From: a virus
Direction: 5' to 3' (one strand)
IMG/VR virus record: IMGVR_UViG_3300037230_000036
Location: 27,269 to 91,268 of that record
DNA: 64,000 nt
Shown here: positions 58,498 to 64,000 of the stretch, one piece after another
How positions within the stretch are numbered: the first letter of the stretch is position 1
How the letters are laid out: each line of letters opens with the position of its first letter
Program-made: the position numbers and the translations under genes
Notes under the pieces: generated by a model
What the model saw: the letters and a program-made list of their open reading frames with translations, nothing else
What the model was told of the DNA's origin: nothing
Databases searched by the model: none

Positions 58498-59802
58498 GTG
58501 ATGGCGGCTCCAATGCGCCGGACCTCCGGCACCTATAACTTCCAACCGGCCATAGCCGACCTCCTGATCGAGGCCTACGACCGCATCCAGATTCGTGGCC
58601 CGCAACTCCTCAGCGAACACATCATCTCTGCGCGGCGCTCATCGAACCTGATCCTTCAGGATTGGAGCGGAAACCGCGGCGTCAACCTCGCTCAAGTGGG
58701 CGATGAATTGCTTTGCGTGCCGCTTAATCCTGGTCAGTCGACCTACCAGCTGCCCTGGTACCTCGTCCAAATCTTCGATGCCTACCTCCGCTACTACCAG
58801 CCGAACTCGACTTTCGCGACGCTCGGCAGCCAGCTGACCCCGATGACGGCTGGGGGTGCCCCCGTGGTGACCTCGAGCGGCGAGCCGATGGTGCTGGGGC
58901 CCGGCACCGGCGTCCTGTCGACGATCGCCGGCAATCCCGAGATCGTGATGAATTGGCCCGCGCATGGGCTCATCGTCGGGGCGCCGATCTTCTGGCAGAC
59001 GCCGACCTCGATCGCGACGATGCTGCTGCAAGGCATGTCGGTGGTCGACCGGGTGATCGACAGCAACACGGTGCAGTTTCTGGGGCCGTACCCGGCGCCG
59101 GCGACCTCGACCGGCCAGGGTGCGCCGCCGCTGTTCTCGACGCTCGCCGGCTTCCCGATGGTCGACGTCATCCTGCCGAACCACGGGCAGACCGTCGGCA
59201 GCATGTTCACGACGCAGATCCCGTGTGTGGTCGGGGGGCTCACCGTGCCGCCTGGGTCCTACCCGGTGACGGCGGTGCTGTCGTCCTACGAGTTCCAGTT
59301 CGAACCCGGCATCGGCAACTTCCTGACCGCCGACTGCCAGTTCGAGAACCTCGGCCAGATCGGTGCCACCAGCCAGACCCCGCAGAACCAGTGGAACGAT
59401 GTCTACCTCTGGCCGCTCTCCCGCACCGAGTACGCGGAGCTTCCGAACAAGCTATCGCCGGGCCGGCCGACGCAGTACTGGTTCGACCGCACCATCTCGC
59501 CGTCGCTGACAATGTGGCCGGTCCCGCCGCCGAACTCGTGGTACGCCTTCATCGCCTACCGGATGCGGCAGATCCAGGATGCTAACCCGGTCGGCGGCCA
59601 GGTGCTCGACATCCCGAACCGGGCTCTACAGGCCTTCACGGCGGAGCTCACCGCCGCCGTTTCCGAGAAATACGCCCCGGCGCAGTGGGTCACGAAGATT
59701 GCCGCGGCGAAGGAAAAGTGGGATCAGTTCGCGCTCGCAGATACGGAATATGTTTCGAGTCACCTGCAGCCTGACATGAGTGGTTATTTCGGCAGCTATT
59801 GA
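58498..59802 (+). CDS. Head-to-tail adaptor-like protein with inserted beta-repeat region
   Basis: TSGTYNF..EAYDR, ARRSSNL..W.NRGVNL, SRTEY..LPNK..GRPTQYWFDR; two HG.VG repeats inserted. Confidence 0.7.
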   Translation: MMAAPMRRTSGTYNFQPAIADLLIEAYDRIQIRGPQLLSEHIISARRSSNLILQDWSGNRGVNLAQVGDELLCVPLNPGQSTYQLPWYLVQIFDAYLRYYQPNSTFATLGSQLTPMTAGGAPVVTSSGEPMVLGPGTGVLSTIAGNPEIVMNWPAHGLIVGAPIFWQTPTSIATMLLQGMSVVDRVIDSNTVQFLGPYPAPATSTGQGAPPLFSTLAGFPMVDVILPNHGQTVGSMFTTQIPCVVGGLTVPPGSYPVTAVLSSYEFQFEPGIGNFLTADCQFENLGQIGATSQTPQNQWNDVYLWPLSRTEYAELPNKLSPGRPTQYWFDRTISPSLTMWPVPPPNSWYAFIAYRMRQIQDANPVGGQVLDIPNRALQAFTAELTAAVSEKYAPAQWVTKIAAAKEKWDQFALADTEYVSSHLQPDMSGYFGSY

Positions 59803-59814
59803 TAGGAGGCAGCC

Positions 59815-60189
59815 ATTTATCCTCACGATGGGCGCAGCCCCACCGACCCAAACCATCCCGCCGAGATCGGCTACTGCGATCGGTGCGGGTTCCGCTACCC
59901 GTTGTCTCAGTTGGTCTGGCAGTACGACCAGCGCGGCGCGTCGCTTCAGAATCTGAGATTGAGGGTTTGCCCGAGGGATCTGGACGATCCAAGCACCTTC
60001 TTACGCCCAATTCGCATAGAGGGGCCGGAGGGAGTCGTGAAGGACGCCCGCCCCTTCCAAGCCTCTGGCGGATACAACTCGACCGGACCTGACCTCCCAA
60101 CCGAGCCCAACTTCCCCCTTGCGATCGACATCGAGGGCGAGGCTGATCCCGGCCCGATCGGCCCCCAGGGCACCCGCGGCGCGCAGTAG
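59815..60189 (+). CDS. Small CxxC virion-region protein with probable ATT start
   Basis: AGGAGG at 59804-59809 then ATT; in-frame TAG at 59803; encodes GYCDRCGFRYPL..VCP.D.D.P. Confidence 0.6.
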   Translation: MYPHDGRSPTDPNHPAEIGYCDRCGFRYPLSQLVWQYDQRGASLQNLRLRVCPRDLDDPSTFLRPIRIEGPEGVVKDARPFQASGGYNSTGPDLPTEPNFPLAIDIEGEADPGPIGPQGTRGAQ

Positions 60190-60194
60190 CGCCT

Positions 60195-60223
60195 TTCGGT
60201 TCCACGCAGTCGCGGTGTAGATT
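60195..60223 (+). promoter_or_regulatory. Putative late promoter (CACG-N9-TG-TAGATT)
   Basis: Same spacing as at 1521 and 63629. Confidence 0.5.
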
Positions 60224-60247
60224 GCCGTCCTCTACAGGGGATGGCTG

Positions 60248-63244
60248 ATGCGCCGGTTCGCTCTTGCGGTTCTGCTGCTGTTGGCCGGCTTCGGCCGATC
60301 CGAGGCGCAGACCTACCTGACGACGCAGACGCCGCCGTCTGGGGTCAACGGGCAGTCCTTTCCAGCCTACGTAGGGACCGCCGGCGCCGCGGGGCTTCCG
60401 CTGAGCCCGACCGACGCGCGCCCGATCATTCAGGGCGGTCTCATCCGGAAGCTGTCGGGGCAAATCCAGGCCGGCGAAATCGCGCCCGGGGCCATCACGG
60501 GGTCGATCACCGGCCCGGCGAACCAAGTCTTGGCGACGCCGAACGGGGTGTCTGGCACGGCGTCGGTGCGCGCGCTGGTGCCGGCCGATCTGCCGGTGGC
60601 GACCGCGGCATCCCTGGGTGCCGTACAACCGGACAACGCGACCATCATCATATCTGACGGCGTCATCTCATCGACCATTGCCGATCTCATCGTAGCTGGG
60701 ACGCCGATCGTAAGCGGAACCGCCAATGGCCTGCTCTACAACAACGCCGAAAAGCTCGGGAATCTCGCTACGACGGGCAATGGCGTCCTCGTAACCGACG
60801 GAAGCAACGTGCCGTCGATCTCGACTACGTTGCCGAGTGGTCTCGCGGCCACCAATCTGAGGTTGACGACGCCGATTCTAGGCATCCCTCAGTCTGGCAC
60901 CCTCACCAATGCGACCGGACTGCCCGTCTCGACGGGGCTTGCCGGGACCGGGACCGGTGTTCCAGCGGCGCTCGGGCAGACCGTCAGCGGATCCGGCGGA
61001 ATCGTGCTAGCCACGTCGCCGTCGATCTCTGGACTTACAGTGACCACCGGCTTCTCGGCACCCGGCCTCGTCTCGAATGCCGATCTCGCCAATGACCATG
61101 TTACGATAAATGGTCAGGAAGTCTTGCTCGGTGGCGCTGTCACAGTGACGGCGGTCGCCTCCTCGCTTACAGGAGGAGTCACGGGCGTTACCTCGATCGG
61201 AGCCGGCGACGCGCTCATCAACAGTGGCGGTCTTGTGGGCGGAGTTCCCATCGGGCTCACCGGTAATAGTACGCTGGTCGAGACGACAAGCGGGGGCGCG
61301 CTGAGCCCGGCCCTCGTGGGGATTAGCACGACGGGCCCACACGTCGCGACCGAAGCGATCCTCGCCGCCGCCTCGACCGTTACCTACCCGAATGGCGTTT
61401 GGGTTGACGATATGTACGGCAACGGGGCTCAGCCGTTATTTTTTAAGGCGAGTGTGTCGGCGTGCCCTCTGAATACAGGCTCGGGGGATGGCGGTTCGCA
61501 GGTTTCTAGCGTCAATAGCAAATGCTGGCTTGCTGCATTTCCGCTTAGCGGGGTCGATCTCCGCTGGTTTGGCGCAGTCGCCGACAGCGGCGTGACCGAT
61601 AACGCGCCGATCTTCCAGTACGCAGGCAACGCAGCTATTACCGCCCACCTGCCGCTGGTATGCGTGGGCAACCCCGGAGCCTCGCTCGACTATTACGCAC
61701 TGAAGACGAACCCGGTCACGCTTGTCTCGCCGATCACCGAGGATGGGGCGGCGCAGTTTCAGTTCAATATCGGTCCACAGTGCCGCATCTACTTTAACGC
61801 CGCCGCCGGGGACGCGTTTGATTTCAACCCGCCGCAAATCCTGAACTTTGCGGGGGGCACATCGGGCGGTTCGCCTAACGCGCAGACAGTCACGGCGGCC
61901 GGCTTCTCCCTGACGACGGATTACGGCGTCACCTTCGTGGCCGGGGCCACGAACACGGGCGCGACGACGCTCAACGTGGCGAGCACTGGGGTCAAGACCG
62001 TCGAGAAGTACAACAGCAGCGGCTCGCTAGTCGCGCTGGTCGGCGGGGAGATCCAGAGTGGCGATCCCGTCACCGCCATTTACAACGGCACGGCCTATGT
62101 CCTTCAGACACGCTGGAACTCGATCGTGACACAGGGTTCCGGCTGGATCGAGCCCTATGCTTCGGGTTCGGGGTGGGCGGTCGCAATCTATAGCGCCAAT
62201 CATATTTCGCTCGGCAGCACGCTCCACCTGACTAACCAGGACACGGCCGGGGCTACTTTTAACGGCGCGTTGATCAACCAGGTCTATGCCGGGCTAGGCG
62301 ATGACCCCTTCATAGACGGCGCGGCGATCGGATGGGAGTGGGCCGACGGCGGTAACTCCGTGGTGATCCTGGCTGGCGAGATTGTCGGTACGACATCGCA
62401 CGCCTTGTTCCACACCGGGACCGGAAACACCAACAAGGCGATCGGGACATATCTGGAGAGCAACGCCGGGGACGCGGTTAACTGCGTGGCGGGTGGTAGC
62501 AATCTTCAACTCGGCTACCTCTTCATCAACAGTGGCACTGGTCTGCACGATATCAGCGATAGCTGCGCCTATACCCAGGCGAATAACATCAACGACGCGA
62601 ACAGCGACACGACTGGCTCCGGCGGCGGCGAGCTTTACCTTAATGGCTCTAACCAGCGCTATGATGGGTTCTTGTCGACGGCTATCGCGTCGTCACAGAC
62701 GCCGTTGACGATTGGAGGCTCGGCGACCTATGCGCTTGCCACTAACTTCAAATCGCAGTCGAATCCCTCCGGTTGCTCCGGCGCGACCTGCTACTACAGC
62801 GATGCTGGGACTTCATCTGTCATCCGAGGATGGATCGGACCAGCAGGGCAGTACATCACGAACGATGCATATCAGGTTGCAGAAGGCGGAACCGGAGACA
62901 CGGGTACGGCGTGGACTCATACAACGCCGATTGTGACTTGCGATTCTGGGACCCCTACGACCATGACGGCGAGTGTGTATTCTAAGACGCTCGGTAAGAC
63001 GACATGGATATCTGGCGTGTTAACTGTGACAAGCGTTGGCACCTGCACGGTAGCGGCCATCGTCCCACTCCCGAACACGGCCGCCGAGGATATGACGCTA
63101 GCGGCTTATGACGAGAGTTCCGGTTTCCTGGAGGTCGCGAAAGCCGGGGCTGGCGGTTCCGGGCTTCTCGTGTTCCAACCCGGCTTTACGATTCCATCGG
63201 ACGGGATGGCCGTCAATTTCTCGGGCACTTACACCAATCAATAA
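60248..63244 (+). CDS. Tailspike/fibre with signal peptide and beta-helix (pectate-lyase-like) region
   Basis: MRRFALAVLLLLAGFGRSEA|Q; RALV.ADLP; VDLRWFGAVADSGVTDNAPIFQ; 10 Cys in 5 pairs. Confidence 0.75.
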   Translation: MRRFALAVLLLLAGFGRSEAQTYLTTQTPPSGVNGQSFPAYVGTAGAAGLPLSPTDARPIIQGGLIRKLSGQIQAGEIAPGAITGSITGPANQVLATPNGVSGTASVRALVPADLPVATAASLGAVQPDNATIIISDGVISSTIADLIVAGTPIVSGTANGLLYNNAEKLGNLATTGNGVLVTDGSNVPSISTTLPSGLAATNLRLTTPILGIPQSGTLTNATGLPVSTGLAGTGTGVPAALGQTVSGSGGIVLATSPSISGLTVTTGFSAPGLVSNADLANDHVTINGQEVLLGGAVTVTAVASSLTGGVTGVTSIGAGDALINSGGLVGGVPIGLTGNSTLVETTSGGALSPALVGISTTGPHVATEAILAAASTVTYPNGVWVDDMYGNGAQPLFFKASVSACPLNTGSGDGGSQVSSVNSKCWLAAFPLSGVDLRWFGAVADSGVTDNAPIFQYAGNAAITAHLPLVCVGNPGASLDYYALKTNPVTLVSPITEDGAAQFQFNIGPQCRIYFNAAAGDAFDFNPPQILNFAGGTSGGSPNAQTVTAAGFSLTTDYGVTFVAGATNTGATTLNVASTGVKTVEKYNSSGSLVALVGGEIQSGDPVTAIYNGTAYVLQTRWNSIVTQGSGWIEPYASGSGWAVAIYSANHISLGSTLHLTNQDTAGATFNGALINQVYAGLGDDPFIDGAAIGWEWADGGNSVVILAGEIVGTTSHALFHTGTGNTNKAIGTYLESNAGDAVNCVAGGSNLQLGYLFINSGTGLHDISDSCAYTQANNINDANSDTTGSGGGELYLNGSNQRYDGFLSTAIASSQTPLTIGGSATYALATNFKSQSNPSGCSGATCYYSDAGTSSVIRGWIGPAGQYITNDAYQVAEGGTGDTGTAWTHTTPIVTCDSGTPTTMTASVYSKTLGKTTWISGVLTVTSVGTCTVAAIVPLPNTAAEDMTLAAYDESSGFLEVAKAGAGGSGLLVFQPGFTIPSDGMAVNFSGTYTNQ

Positions 63245-63256
63245 GGGAGAGCGAGC

Positions 63257-63532
63257 GTGCCACGATTGTCCTTGCCCCTTGTCTTCCTGCTGGTTGGGGC
63301 TGTTCCAGCGGTCGCGCAACAACCTACGCTCAATCAGCAGTTCGCGGAGTGCAACAAACATCATGCGGAGTTTCCGAACTCGAAGAATCATGCGATCGAT
63401 GGGAAGCATTACGTCGCGGGCTGGCAGAAATGCGAAGCGATCGGACAACAGTGGCTCGACCGGAACAACCAGGATGCCATACCATTCGCGGCAATCTCCA
63501 AGGCGCGGCGTATTCGGCCAGATATGAAATGA
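63257..63532 (+). CDS. Small exported protein
   Basis: MPRLSLPLVFLLVGAVPAVA|Q; 2 Cys; GGGAG RBS. Confidence 0.6.
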   Translation: MPRLSLPLVFLLVGAVPAVAQQPTLNQQFAECNKHHAEFPNSKNHAIDGKHYVAGWQKCEAIGQQWLDRNNQDAIPFAAISKARRIRPDMK

Positions 63533-63620
63533 GGAAGGGTTTCGAGCGCGCGTCAGCGGCACTCAACTTGCTCGTGGCGGCGAAGAACGCCGGGACGGAT
63601 GCGGTTCCCAACACGCCGCT

Positions 63621-63649
63621 TTAAGTTTCACGTCCCTGCGCTGTATTAT
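63621..63649 (+). promoter_or_regulatory. Putative late promoter (CACG-N9-TG-TATTAT)
   Basis: Same spacing as at 1521 and 60203. Confidence 0.5.
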
Positions 63650-63675
63650 TCGGCCCCGAGAAAACGGGGGTATCG

Positions 63676-64000
63676 ATGCGCTGGCTTCTGGGGCCTATCT
63701 TTTCCGCGCTGCTCCTGCTGTCGGGATCGGCATTCGCGGCCTCGACGATCAATTCTCTCCCGACCGCCTCATTTCCACTGCCCGATGCCGGGTTGCCATC
63801 AGCCTCGACGCTGAACCTCTGGATCGCCAACGGCAACGGCGCCAACAGCGATTTCCGGATCACGCCGAACCAGCTCGGCTACATCCTACAGAACTGCTCA
63901 GCGCCGACGTCGCCGTTCCGGTATGAGCTGTGGTGGAATACCTGCGCGAACCCGGCGGTAGAAGAGGTCTACACCGGCACGACATGGGTGATCGTCGGCA
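63676..64000 (+). CDS. Fibre-like protein with signal peptide (3' truncated, not in ORF track)
   Basis: MRWLLGPIFSALLLLSGSAFA|A; APTSP..LWWNT..VYTGTTWV fibre-type motif. Confidence 0.65.
   Translation, partial: MRWLLGPIFSALLLLSGSAFAASTINSLPTASFPLPDAGLPSASTLNLWIANGNGANSDFRITPNQLGYILQNCSAPTSPFRYELWWNTCANPAVEEVYTGTTWVIVG

Noticed and set aside
1-64000. tRNA genes, integrase, CI repressor, alternative genetic code
   Set aside because: I saw no T-loop/cloverleaf signature or recombinase motifs, and core genes are intact under the standard code. Lifestyle cannot be decided from this window.

Overview
This is a GC-rich 64-kb segment of a tailed dsDNA phage genome, podovirus-like with a P22-type portal. 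The host is most likely an alphaproteobacterium, based on GcrA-, GapR/DUF2312-, DUF3309- and BTLCP-like genes. Gene order: end of a large internal-virion protein; fibre and lysis genes (1-8.2 kb, +); recombination/early arm with RecT and YqaJ (8.2-18.3 kb, -); replication arm with RuvC-like nuclease, class II RNR, primase, DnaA-CTD, GcrA and AAA helicase (18.4-26 kb, +); small early genes (26-32.5 kb, -); then SSB, terminases, portal, GroES-like, scaffold, major capsid, HNH and tail genes (33.5-64 kb, +). I saw no integrase, tRNA or CRISPR array. Most notable: (1) two divergent copies of a two-gene module pairing a small C-terminal Gly-Gly (ubiquitin/MoaD-like) protein with a partner carrying a conserved Cys motif; (2) tail-fibre-like proteins carrying Sec-type signal peptides and paired cysteines; (3) transposase-less cassettes with shared inverted ends, exact 8-bp target duplications and different cargo genes; (4) a second capsid paralog, plus a 48-bp exact copy of capsid sequence inside an unrelated gene. 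All family assignments are by eye from motifs; no database searches were run.
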